From IMG/VR virus record IMGVR_UViG_3300045988_129191, positions 1 through 64,000 of that record: a stretch of 64,000 bases of DNA. One strand, 5' to 3'. Shown here piece after piece: positions 1 through 8,249 of this stretch (the first letter of the stretch is position 1; the number at the start of each line of letters is the position of its first letter). The DNA is from a virus. The translations under genes and the position numbers were made by a program. Below the pieces are notes generated by a model. The model did no database searches. It had not been told where the DNA came from and saw nothing but the letters and a program-made list of their open reading frames with translations.

Positions 1-23
1 ATATAATATATATAGAAAGTTAA

Positions 24-48
24 GGAAAGGATTTTAAAAATCCTTTCC
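24..48. terminator. Perfect palindromic hairpin GGAAAGGATTTT-A-AAAATCCTTTCC at window start
   Basis: Inverted repeat read directly; no clean T-run, so terminator function is uncertain. Confidence 0.3.
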
Positions 49-70
49 AAGACTAAATAAATTATCTTAA

Positions 71-99
71 TTGATAATTTATAAAAAATATTATATAAT
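71..99 (+). promoter_or_regulatory. sigma70-like promoter TTGATA-N17-TATAAT
   Basis: -35 TTGATA at 71-76, 17-nt spacer, -10 TATAAT at 94-99, upstream of first ORF. Confidence 0.45.
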
Positions 100-135
100 A
101 TACATGTAATAAATAATTAAAAGGAATTGATACTA

Positions 136-477
136 ATGGGACGAAGAAATGGAAAAATGATAATCAATGATTTCTATTGTATGAATTGTGGTCATAAAAA
201 TATGAGCTTACCACGTCGCAATAGTCATCAGCATGGCAGATTTCACAGAAAGAAAATGTACTGTGTTTTCTGTAAACAAGAAGTAAATCATATTGAATGT
301 AAATCATATGAAGATGTTCTTGAGTTTAAAGAAAATTTTGAAAATGGGGTGTATAAAGATGAAGCACAAGATTCTCTTTCTTATGTGCGGTCCAGCGGGA
401 TCAGGAAAGACGACTTACGTCAGGAAGGAAATGGCACAGGCAACAACTTACAAGTGTGTACATGTGTCAAGAGATGA
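136..477 (+). CDS. Small Zn-ribbon protein (two CxxC pairs); its 3' part overlaps the kinase gene in another frame
   Basis: ORF 127..477. ATG at 136 has AAAAGGAA 10 nt upstream, whereas TTG at 127 has no spacing. Motif CMNCGH...CVFCKQ. Confidence 0.4.
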   Translation: MGRRNGKMIINDFYCMNCGHKNMSLPRRNSHQHGRFHRKKMYCVFCKQEVNHIECKSYEDVLEFKENFENGVYKDEAQDSLSYVRSSGIRKDDLRQEGNGTGNNLQVCTCVKR

Positions 478-877
478 AGTTAGAGCAGAGTTTTTAAATG
501 AAGATGATAAAAACATTTTCAAGTATGAGGATGATGTATTCGATGAATTTTGTAATCGAATTAAAAATGCTCTGAATGAAGCTAAAGAAGATATTGCCGT
601 TTTTGCTGATGCAACTCATTTGAGTGAAAAAGCAAGAAATCGAGTTCTTGATAGACTTGATTTAGACGGAGTAGATATTATTCCTGTTGTATTCAATTTA
701 CCACTTACTCAGATTCTTGCTCAGAATGAGAATCGTAAAGGTATGGGACGTGCTTATGTTCCAAGAGGAACAATCAGAAGAATGTTTTATACTTTTGAAA
801 AACCGACTTACAATGAAAAATATACCTACAAACATATTTTGATTGTAGGTGATGCAGATAAGGAGTATGTAGAATGA
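359..877 (+). CDS. P-loop polynucleotide kinase-like protein (T4 Pnk / AAA_33 kinase-domain type)
   Basis: Walker A ILFLMCGPAGSGKTT directly after ATG 359, with GGGGTG RBS. ORF is open from 293 but 359 is the best start. Confidence 0.7.
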   Translation: MKHKILFLMCGPAGSGKTTYVRKEMAQATTYKCVHVSRDEVRAEFLNEDDKNIFKYEDDVFDEFCNRIKNALNEAKEDIAVFADATHLSEKARNRVLDRLDLDGVDIIPVVFNLPLTQILAQNENRKGMGRAYVPRGTIRRMFYTFEKPTYNEKYTYKHILIVGDADKEYVE

Positions 878-1425
878 TTTATATAACATCAGACCTGCAT
901 TTTGGTCATGATAAAGGGTTCATTTATGAACCAAGAGGATTTCCGAATATCAATGACCATGATGAAGAGATTATTAAAAAATGGAATGAGCTGGTGCGGC
1001 CGGAAGATGAAGTGTATATCTTAGGTGATTTAATGCTGAAAGATAATGAACACGGACTCGAATGTTTAAAACGGCTGAATGGTAAAAAGTATTTTATCAT
1101 TGGAAACCATGATACAAATACAAGAGTTAATCTTTATAAAGAAAATGGTCTTGAATGTCTTGGATATTCGACAGTTTTAAAATATAGAAAATATAATTTC
1201 TATATGAGTCACTATCCAACAATGACTGGTAATGTTGATGATTCAGGATTACATCATATGACTTTAAACTTATTTGGTCATACTCATCAACAAGTTAATT
1301 TTTATGAAGATAATTTCTTTATGTATCATGTAGGAATTGATTCTCATAACTGTTATCCAGTTTCACTTGATACAGTTATTGAAGATATAAAAAATAAATA
1401 TGAGGAGTGTAAAAATATGCTATGA
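874..1425 (+). CDS. Calcineurin-like metallophosphoesterase; probable 3'-phosphatase partner of the upstream kinase
   Basis: Motifs DLHFGH, GDL, GNHD, GHTH; ATGA overlap with the kinase stop. Confidence 0.8.
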   Translation: MIYITSDLHFGHDKGFIYEPRGFPNINDHDEEIIKKWNELVRPEDEVYILGDLMLKDNEHGLECLKRLNGKKYFIIGNHDTNTRVNLYKENGLECLGYSTVLKYRKYNFYMSHYPTMTGNVDDSGLHHMTLNLFGHTHQQVNFYEDNFFMYHVGIDSHNCYPVSLDTVIEDIKNKYEECKNML

Positions 1426-1691
1426 GCCATTTAACTGGGTATAAGAGCTATGACGGCTCTACAAAAGAATCCCAAATTTTACGAGATTTAAACAGTTTTG
1501 CTTATAACCCGCAAGAATCAAGTGGGTATCATGGAAATTTAACTTTTCATAAAAATACAGTCTATAAAGATAGAAATGAAGCTGTTCAAAGGCTTAAAGA
1601 TTTGGTAAAAGAATCATATGATGACCATGCTGTTCTTTATACAGAAAATGGTAAAGAATACTGGTTAGTAAAATATGAGTATCATTGTTGA
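1422..1691 (+). CDS. Hypothetical protein (89 aa)
   Basis: ORF translationally coupled to the upstream gene. Confidence 0.45.
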   Translation: MSHLTGYKSYDGSTKESQILRDLNSFAYNPQESSGYHGNLTFHKNTVYKDRNEAVQRLKDLVKESYDDHAVLYTENGKEYWLVKYEYHC

Positions 1692-1739
1692 ACCTTGAAA
1701 ATTAAATAAATTATTATATGAGAAAAAGGAGTTAAGTAC

Positions 1740-3272
1740 ATGAATATTTTAAGTTCAATTCTTCCATTTATCCCTGTAGTTATTCTTGCGGTGGTGTTGA
1801 TTGCGATTCTCGCAACAGGATATGTAAAGTCCTCACCAGATGTAGCTTATATCATCTCTGGTCCGCACAAGAAACCTCGAATCTTGATTGGTAAATCCGG
1901 TATTAAGATTCCTTTCTTTGAGAAACTTGATAAGTTGTCTCTTGGTGCGATTCAGATTGATGTAAAAACTCGTACCGCTGTTCCAACAGCAGAATACATC
2001 AACGTAAAAGTTGATTCTACTGTTTCTGTACAGGTTGGAAGAACTGATGAAATGATTGCACTTGCGGCCCAGAACTTCTTGAACGTTAAACGTGAAGTAA
2101 TTGCAGAAAGAATTAATGACCTTTTGGAAGGTAATATTCGTGAAATCGTTGGTCAGATGAAACTGACTGAGATGGTATCTGATAGAAAAGCGTTTAGCGA
2201 GAAAGTCCAGCAGAATGTAGTTCCTGATCTTGCCAGATTCGGACTTGAGCTTGTTTCCTTTAATGTTCAGAACTTTTCTGATGAGGGTGGCGTTATTGAT
2301 AACTTAGGTATTGATAACGTTGAGCAGATTAGAAAGAATGCGGCAATCGCTAAATCTGATGCACAGAGAGAAATCGCTGTTGCTGAGGCAGCTAACGCAA
2401 AGAAATCTAATGATGCTAAGGTTCAGGCAGCTGAGGAAATCGCAGTTCGTAACAACGAGTTTGAGATGAAACAGGCAGACCTCAAGAAAACTGCTGATAC
2501 TGCAAAGGCTCAGGCTAATGCGGCACAGGCAATTGAGGAAGAGAAACAGCGTCAGTTAAAAGACGTTGCTGCTACTGAAGCAGATATTGCTCGTCAGGAA
2601 AAGCAGATTGAACTGAAAGAAAGAGAAGTTGCTATCAAAGAGCGTGCTCTGGAAGCTGAAGTTAAGAAAACTGCTGAAGCTGAGAAATATGCAGCACAGC
2701 AGAGAGCAGATGCTAAACTGTATGAGACTCAGAAGAAATCTGAGGCTGAGTTGTTCGAGAGAACAAAACAGGCAGAAGCTGCTCTTGCAGAGGCACAGAG
2801 AGATGCAGATGCTAAGAAAGCTCTTGCAGAAGCCGTAAAAGCACAGGGTGAAGCTGATGCAGCTGCAGCCCAGGCAAAAGGTGAAGCAGAAGCTGCTGCT
2901 ATTAGAGCTAAACTTGAAGCTGAGGCTGAAGGTCTTCAGAAGAAAGCAGAGGCTATGAAACAGTATGGTGAAGCTGCTAAACAGGATATGCAGTTACAGG
3001 CACTTAAAGTATACTTCGAGCAGTTACCGGCAATCGCTGAAGCTGTTGGTAAGGGATACACAAATGTTGATAAGATTATGATGTTCGGTGGAGACACCTC
3101 TAAGCTTGCTGGCGACATCATGACCAATGTAACACAGGTATCTGAAGGACTGAGCGAATCTCTTGGAATCGACCTGAAAACTCTTCTGGCTGGTTTCATG
3201 GGTGGTAACTTAGCCGCAAATAAAGGCGTAACTATTAACGCTGATACAGTTGTTGCTCCGACTGAAGAGTAA
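1740..3272 (+). CDS. SPFH/band-7 (flotillin/YqiK-like) membrane protein with long Ala/Glu-rich coiled coil
   Basis: N-terminal TM segment ILPFIPVVILAVVLIAILA, SPFH-like core, then extended EA/AKA-rich repeats; RBS AAAAAGGAG. Confidence 0.8.
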   Translation: MNILSSILPFIPVVILAVVLIAILATGYVKSSPDVAYIISGPHKKPRILIGKSGIKIPFFEKLDKLSLGAIQIDVKTRTAVPTAEYINVKVDSTVSVQVGRTDEMIALAAQNFLNVKREVIAERINDLLEGNIREIVGQMKLTEMVSDRKAFSEKVQQNVVPDLARFGLELVSFNVQNFSDEGGVIDNLGIDNVEQIRKNAAIAKSDAQREIAVAEAANAKKSNDAKVQAAEEIAVRNNEFEMKQADLKKTADTAKAQANAAQAIEEEKQRQLKDVAATEADIARQEKQIELKEREVAIKERALEAEVKKTAEAEKYAAQQRADAKLYETQKKSEAELFERTKQAEAALAEAQRDADAKKALAEAVKAQGEADAAAAQAKGEAEAAAIRAKLEAEAEGLQKKAEAMKQYGEAAKQDMQLQALKVYFEQLPAIAEAVGKGYTNVDKIMMFGGDTSKLAGDIMTNVTQVSEGLSESLGIDLKTLLAGFMGGNLAANKGVTINADTVVAPTEE

Positions 3273-3278
3273 TTAACT

Positions 3279-3308
3279 GGGAGGGGCTTTTAAGCCCCTC
3301 TTTTTTTT
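3279..3308 (+). terminator. Intrinsic terminator GAGGGGC-ttttaa-GCCCCTC followed by T8
   Basis: GC stem plus T-run read directly. Confidence 0.8.
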
Positions 3309-3324
3309 ATAGAAAGGATTAAGT

Positions 3325-3711
3325 ATGGAAATTATTTATTTTGAAGTTAATGATTGGAGTCCAGGAAGAGATTGTCCAGATTGTGAACCATTCGATACTT
3401 GGTTAGATGTTGATAATTTAACTTTTAGAAATGAACAATGGCTGATTGAAAATAAAATTATTGTGGTTGAAACAATAATTGATATGTCTTTAAATTATTG
3501 CGTTACAGCTCCAAAAGAATGGGTTGAGAAAAATTGTCCTTGTATTTTAAATTCTAAGTTTATTAGAGAGCCAGATGAAAATAATGAAATATTTGGAAGA
3601 TTTGGTTGCCCATTTAAAGCTTATACTGAAGAAAATATTGGATATTGGTTTGCGGGCTGGGATGAATTCGGGAAATGGAATCCTAAGCGGCGAGATGAAA
3701 TAGAGTCTTAA
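3325..3711 (+). CDS. Hypothetical Cys-containing protein (128 aa)
   Basis: ORF with RBS-like AAAGGAT upstream. Confidence 0.5.
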   Translation: MEIIYFEVNDWSPGRDCPDCEPFDTWLDVDNLTFRNEQWLIENKIIVVETIIDMSLNYCVTAPKEWVEKNCPCILNSKFIREPDENNEIFGRFGCPFKAYTEENIGYWFAGWDEFGKWNPKRRDEIES

Positions 3712-3729
3712 AAGACTCTATTTTTTTTG
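3699..3729 (+). terminator. Intrinsic terminator ATAGAGTCTT-aa-AAGACTCTAT followed by T8
   Basis: Hairpin spans the stop codon and is followed by a T-run. Confidence 0.75.
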
Positions 3730-3820
3730 TGCCAGAAAATTCGGGCTCGTAGGCGCCCTCAGCGGTCGTTGCCGCTTAAAAATCGCACCCACCAATTTTT
3801 TTTAGCAAAATGTCCCCTTT

Positions 3821-3849
3821 TTGATTTTCCCTTATTTTTGTGATATAAT
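3821..3849 (+). promoter_or_regulatory. Promoter TTGATT-N17-TGaTATAAT (extended -10)
   Basis: -35 at 3821-3826, TG at 3841-3842, -10 at 3844-3849, ~30 nt upstream of ORF 3879. Confidence 0.6.
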
Positions 3850-3878
3850 ATTTTTATATAATATAAGGAGGACTTGAT

Positions 3879-4337
3879 ATGAAACAAGAACCTAAGTTCT
3901 ACTGGGATGATACTACTAAAACTGCAACTTGCATTTTAGCAGATGGAAATAATATATTTACAGGTATTGCCAGCGTACATCCAGATGATATAGATATGGC
4001 TAACGAAAAGACTGGATATCAAATTGCTTTATGGCGAGCAGAAATTAAATATTATACTCATATTCGTGACAATGAATTAAAGCCAGCTCTTAAAGCATTA
4101 AAAAAAGTATTGGATGAAATGAAATATAGTAAAAAGTTTAATCCAAAATCTTACGAAAATAGGTCTTTACAGAGAAACTTCTATCAAATAGAATCTGACT
4201 TAGATACAATTCGTTTTTTATTAGCTAACACTAAGCAAAATCTTAAACAGTACATTTCTGAAAAAGAAAAATTTTATCAAAGAATTAGAGCCAATAGAAC
4301 AAAGAAAGACAATGTAGGACAAAAACCTTCAATTTAA
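3879..4337 (+). CDS. Hypothetical protein (152 aa)
   Basis: ORF with strong RBS AAGGAGGA. Confidence 0.55.
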   Translation: MKQEPKFYWDDTTKTATCILADGNNIFTGIASVHPDDIDMANEKTGYQIALWRAEIKYYTHIRDNELKPALKALKKVLDEMKYSKKFNPKSYENRSLQRNFYQIESDLDTIRFLLANTKQNLKQYISEKEKFYQRIRANRTKKDNVGQKPSI

Positions 4338-4383
4338 TTTCTCTATTTTCAATTATATATAAGGAGTTAAAAAGGAGGAACGA

Positions 4384-4632
4384 ATGATTCAAAACTTAAT
4401 ATTTTTTATTTTAGGAATAATTTTTATTGAATTAATAATTCCTGTAATAGAGGCTCTAACAATAGTAATTGTCACAGCTTTAGAAGTGGCTAAAGGTAAA
4501 TTAAATATGACAATTTCTAATTATAATATACAAATCCAAAAGATGGCAGAAGAACTTGAGCCAGAAAACACACACGCCATTGGGTTTGTAATACAAAATA
4601 ATGAACCAGAGGAAGAAGAGGAAGACGAATGA
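4384..4632 (+). CDS. Small membrane protein with acidic C-terminal tail
   Basis: Hydrophobic N-terminal half, EEEEEDE tail, RBS AAGGAGGAA. Confidence 0.45.
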   Translation: MIQNLIFFILGIIFIELIIPVIEALTIVIVTALEVAKGKLNMTISNYNIQIQKMAEELEPENTHAIGFVIQNNEPEEEEEDE

Positions 4633-5876
4633 AATTTTATGACACATGTGCATTATTAGATAACTTTGAAACTATGCCAGAAGAGAAGTTCATCATATCT
4701 TCTATTACATTAGCGGAACTTGAGAAGATTAAAACATCAACTTCTAAAGATTCTGAAGTTAAATATACTGCAAGAAAAATCTTATCTTTTTTAAATGCGA
4801 ATCCCGCAAAATATGAAGTTGTATTATATAAAACATTTTTTACTTATCCTTTTACAGAAAAAGGATTTGAAGTGAATAATGATATTAAAATTTTAGCAAC
4901 TGCATATTCTTATTTTAATAATTTAAAAGTAAGTGAAAGAGAGAATTTTTTCTTTGTAACGAATGATTTAACTTTAAAAGTTACAGCTGCCGCATTTTTA
5001 CCAGTGCAATGTATTATGTCTATGTATCCTCCAAAAGATGAATATAGTGGATATAAAGAAGTTGTAATGGATGACGAAATGATGTCTGATTTTTATTCTA
5101 ATCCTACTGAAAACATTTATGATTTAAAAGTAAATGAATATATTATTGTAAAAAATAAAGATGGTAAACCAGTCGATTCTGCGGTATGGACAGGTTCCGA
5201 GTATCGTCATACTCAGTTTAGAAGCTTTAATTCTAAATGGTTTGGTGAAGTTAAACCACTTAAAGGAGACATTTATCAGACGCTTGTTGCAGATAGTTTT
5301 ACAAATAATAAAATAACTTTGGTAAAAGGACCCGCGGGCTCAGGTAAAACGTATCTGTCTCTTGGATACTTAATGAGCCAATTAGAACGTGGTAAAATTG
5401 ATAGAATCATCATCTTCTGTAATACAGTTGCTACAAAGAATTCTGCTAAATTAGGATATTTACCAGGAACTAAAGATGAAAAACTTTTAGATTCACAAAT
5501 TGGAAATGTTCTTGCAAGTAAAATAGGTAGCCGAATTGAATTAGAAAGATTAATGGATGAAGAGCAAATTGTTTTACTTCCATTTTCTGATATTAGAGGT
5601 TATGATACTACTGGAATGAATGCTGGGATATATATTTCAGAAGCTCAAAACCTTGATATTACACTTATGAAACTTGCCCTACAAAGAATTGGTGAAGATA
5701 GTGTATGTATTATAGATGGAGATGAAAAAACACAGGTTGATGATATCGCCTTTGCTGGAGATAACAATGGTATGAGACGAGTATCAAAGGTTTATCGAGG
5801 CGAAGATATATATGGTGAAGTTGAATTAAAAATGATTCATCGTTCTAAAATTGCTAAAATTGCAGAAAGAATGTAA
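4629..5876 (+). CDS. phoH: PIN-domain plus PhoH-like ATPase fusion (YlaK/PhoH2 type)
   Basis: N-terminal PIN-like acidic motifs, Walker A LVKGPAGSGKTYLS, PhoH-like C-terminal region. Confidence 0.8.
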   Translation: MKFYDTCALLDNFETMPEEKFIISSITLAELEKIKTSTSKDSEVKYTARKILSFLNANPAKYEVVLYKTFFTYPFTEKGFEVNNDIKILATAYSYFNNLKVSERENFFFVTNDLTLKVTAAAFLPVQCIMSMYPPKDEYSGYKEVVMDDEMMSDFYSNPTENIYDLKVNEYIIVKNKDGKPVDSAVWTGSEYRHTQFRSFNSKWFGEVKPLKGDIYQTLVADSFTNNKITLVKGPAGSGKTYLSLGYLMSQLERGKIDRIIIFCNTVATKNSAKLGYLPGTKDEKLLDSQIGNVLASKIGSRIELERLMDEEQIVLLPFSDIRGYDTTGMNAGIYISEAQNLDITLMKLALQRIGEDSVCIIDGDEKTQVDDIAFAGDNNGMRRVSKVYRGEDIYGEVELKMIHRSKIAKIAERM

Positions 5877-5883
5877 TATAAGA

Positions 5884-5917
5884 CCAGAAGAGGTTAATAT
5901 CTCTTCTGGTTTTTTTA
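5884..5917 (+). terminator. Intrinsic terminator CCAGAAGAG-gttaatat-CTCTTCTGG followed by T8
   Basis: Read directly. Confidence 0.8.
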
Positions 5918-5981
5918 TTTATAATGGAAACACGTAAAACCTTTGAAGAAGATATTTTGGAAGAGGAGGTTTATATAAATA

Positions 5982-7691
5982 ATGGCTTCAATCGAAAAAA
6001 ATATTTGGGATTATTTAATTAAAGAGATTAGTAATCCATACGGTGTTGCTGGATTAATGGGTAACATCTATGCTGAATCTGGTATGATTCCAAATAGAGT
6101 AGAAGTTTTATGCTTAAATAGATTAAAAGAACATGGTCAAGTATGGAATGATTCTACTTATACTGCGGCAGTTGATAATGGAAAAATTTCAAGAGAAACT
6201 TTTTTACATCCACTCCCTAATAAGCAATATGGATATGGACTCTGCCAATGGACAAGCCCAGGCCGCAAAGCAGGATTATACGATTTAGCAAAAATGAAAC
6301 AAGCTTCCATCGGCAATGAATTAATTCAATTGCAATGGCTTATGACTGAATTAAAAAATAATTACTTTACAGTTTTATCAACTTTAAAAAATGCAACAAG
6401 TGTAAGACAGGCTTCTGATATTGTTTTAGTTCGTTTTGAATGTCCTGCTAATACAGGTGAAACTGTGAAAGCAACAAGAGCTAAATATGGTCAGAAGTAT
6501 TATGATGCATATGCATCTAATAAAGGAGGAAACTCAATCGTGGCAAATTATGATAAATATATCAATTCTTCAGTAGTTCACTATATTTCTAATTCTGGTT
6601 CAGACGAAAATGGTGGATACCATGGAGGAAGAGCTGGTGACCAAACTGGTAGAGAGTGGTATTTACGTTCATGGTATAATAGACCATGGAATTGTGTATT
6701 AAGATATGAAAAAGACCCAAGAGTTGGTCAAAAAATGGCTGAATTAAGTTGTGCCGCAGCTCTTAATGATTTAGTTGGTTATGACCAATATGAAAGAGAT
6801 ACTTATTGGGCTCATTTAAAAGCTTCTAATTATGACCCTGCACAAATTACTATTGCATGCGAAGCAGACTGTTCCGCAGGAGTAATTGCTAATATTCGAG
6901 CTGTTGGATATTTACTTGGCATTCCAGCTTTACAAAATATCCGTGCAACTTATACAGGCGATATGAGAGCTGCTTTCAGAGCTGCTGGATTCACTGTATT
7001 AACCGCAGATAAATATCTTTCTGGATATGATTATTTGCTTCCTGGAGACATTTTACTTAATGATGCTCATCATACAGCGACAAATGTTACAAGAGGACGT
7101 TTAGCAGCTAATTCTAACTCACCACAACCAAGTCCAGCTCCAGCAAAAACTAATACAACTTATGTTGGCAAAGGTATTGGTACTGCAACAGCAAAAACTG
7201 AAATGAATATTAGAAGTAATTCTAACACAAATAGTTCTTCTTATGGAACTATCTCTAAAGGAACTAAAGTAGAAGTATTAGAAATTTTATCTAATGGATG
7301 GTATAAAATTGTATGGCCAGGTGCTTCATACGGTTATGCTTATACTTCTAATTCTACTAAAACTTATTATTCATATGTAGCTAAAAAAACTCCAACAACT
7401 ACTAAACCATCTACTCCTAAACCAACCAAGAGTAAAAATGTAACTGCAAAAGAGAGCGCAACTGGCTTCAATAAATCTCTTGCAGGTACATATCGTACAA
7501 CAGCTGATTTAAATATCCGCCATGGAGCAGGCACATCTAAAGCTCTTATGGTTACAATTCCAAAAGGAACAAAAGTAGCTAATTATGGATATTATTCAGT
7601 TAGCAATGGTTGCAGATGGTTGTATGTTCAATTCACATATAAGAACGTAACTTATACAGGATTTGCTTCAAGCACATATTTACGTAAATAA
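5982..7691 (+). CDS. Multidomain cell-wall hydrolase: N-terminal lysozyme-like domain, NlpC/P60-type cysteine peptidase, two C-terminal SH3b-like domains (probable endolysin)
   Basis: GLMGNIYAESG and GLCQWT motifs; DCSAGV with downstream GDILLNDAHH (Cys/His of NlpC/P60); two repeated GTKV...GW(Y/L) SH3b-like modules separated by a T/P/K linker. Confidence 0.7.
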   Translation: MASIEKNIWDYLIKEISNPYGVAGLMGNIYAESGMIPNRVEVLCLNRLKEHGQVWNDSTYTAAVDNGKISRETFLHPLPNKQYGYGLCQWTSPGRKAGLYDLAKMKQASIGNELIQLQWLMTELKNNYFTVLSTLKNATSVRQASDIVLVRFECPANTGETVKATRAKYGQKYYDAYASNKGGNSIVANYDKYINSSVVHYISNSGSDENGGYHGGRAGDQTGREWYLRSWYNRPWNCVLRYEKDPRVGQKMAELSCAAALNDLVGYDQYERDTYWAHLKASNYDPAQITIACEADCSAGVIANIRAVGYLLGIPALQNIRATYTGDMRAAFRAAGFTVLTADKYLSGYDYLLPGDILLNDAHHTATNVTRGRLAANSNSPQPSPAPAKTNTTYVGKGIGTATAKTEMNIRSNSNTNSSSYGTISKGTKVEVLEILSNGWYKIVWPGASYGYAYTSNSTKTYYSYVAKKTPTTTKPSTPKPTKSKNVTAKESATGFNKSLAGTYRTTADLNIRHGAGTSKALMVTIPKGTKVANYGYYSVSNGCRWLYVQFTYKNVTYTGFASSTYLRK

Positions 7692-7693
7692 TT

Positions 7694-8095
7694 ATGACTA
7701 AAGAAGAACGTGAAATAACTATTAAAGAACATCGTTGGCAAAGAGAAAAAGAAGTTCTTGAAAGAAAGTATAAATTAAAACAAGATAAAAAAGAATTTAA
7801 AAAACAATTCCTTCCTAAAATATCTACTTCAAAACTCCTTATTCTTTTCTTGTTTATAAATTGTACAATTATAGAACTTTTTACAGGCTTTGTAACTTTA
7901 AAAAGTCTTGATTTAACAACTCTCACAATGATGAATCCAGATTTTACTCCATTAGTCGCATTAATAGGTGCGGTCGTGAGTGAGGTCGTAGGATATGCGG
8001 TCTACGCACTGAAGTCCGCAAAAGAGAATACCGCAGGCGGTATTACATATGAAGCAGCAATGCGTCAAATTGACGAAGATAAAGCTAAAGGATAA
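7694..8095 (+). CDS. Holin-like membrane protein (two TM segments, highly charged N-terminus)
   Basis: Two hydrophobic helices; starts 3 nt after the hydrolase stop. Confidence 0.45.
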   Translation: MTKEEREITIKEHRWQREKEVLERKYKLKQDKKEFKKQFLPKISTSKLLILFLFINCTIIELFTGFVTLKSLDLTTLTMMNPDFTPLVALIGAVVSEVVGYAVYALKSAKENTAGGITYEAAMRQIDEDKAKG

Positions 8096-8106
8096 TTAAT
8101 TTTTAA

Positions 8107-8147
8107 CCCTAAAAGAGAAGATTTTCTCTTTTAGGGTATTTTTTTTT
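8107..8147 (+). terminator. Intrinsic terminator CCCTAAAAGAGAA-gatt-TTCTCTTTTAGGG followed by T-run
   Basis: 13-bp stem plus T9. Confidence 0.85.
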
Positions 8148-8170
8148 AACCGTAACTAAAATTTTAAGAA

Positions 8171-8199
8171 TTGATTTTATTATTTTTTTATGCTATAAT
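8171..8199 (+). promoter_or_regulatory. Promoter TTGATT-N17-TGcTATAAT
   Basis: -35 at 8171-8176, -10 at 8194-8199, upstream of gyrB-like gene. Confidence 0.6.
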
Positions 8200-8249
8200 A
8201 TATGTATGATAAGAAAAAATGATGATTTTAAAGTTGAAAGGAGATTTAT

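Noticed and set aside
293-358. Upstream extension of the kinase ORF (start at 293)
   Set aside because: The Walker A motif follows directly after the ATG at 359, which has a GGGGTG RBS. The 293 start has no SD and would add a non-conserved leader, so I kept 359 while noting the alternative.
2629-3199. ORFs 2629-2838 (+) and 2936-3199 (-) inside the flotillin gene
   Set aside because: They are alternative-frame products of the Ala/Glu/Lys-repeat coding region (Leu/Arg/Lys-rich shadow); the flotillin frame is far longer and carries the domain signatures.
3730-3800. Possible tRNA, suggested by a ...CACCCACCA end and the GC-rich sequence
   Set aside because: No acceptor-stem complementarity, no GTTCRANYC T-loop and no D-arm. 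It is treated as an unexplained structured element instead.
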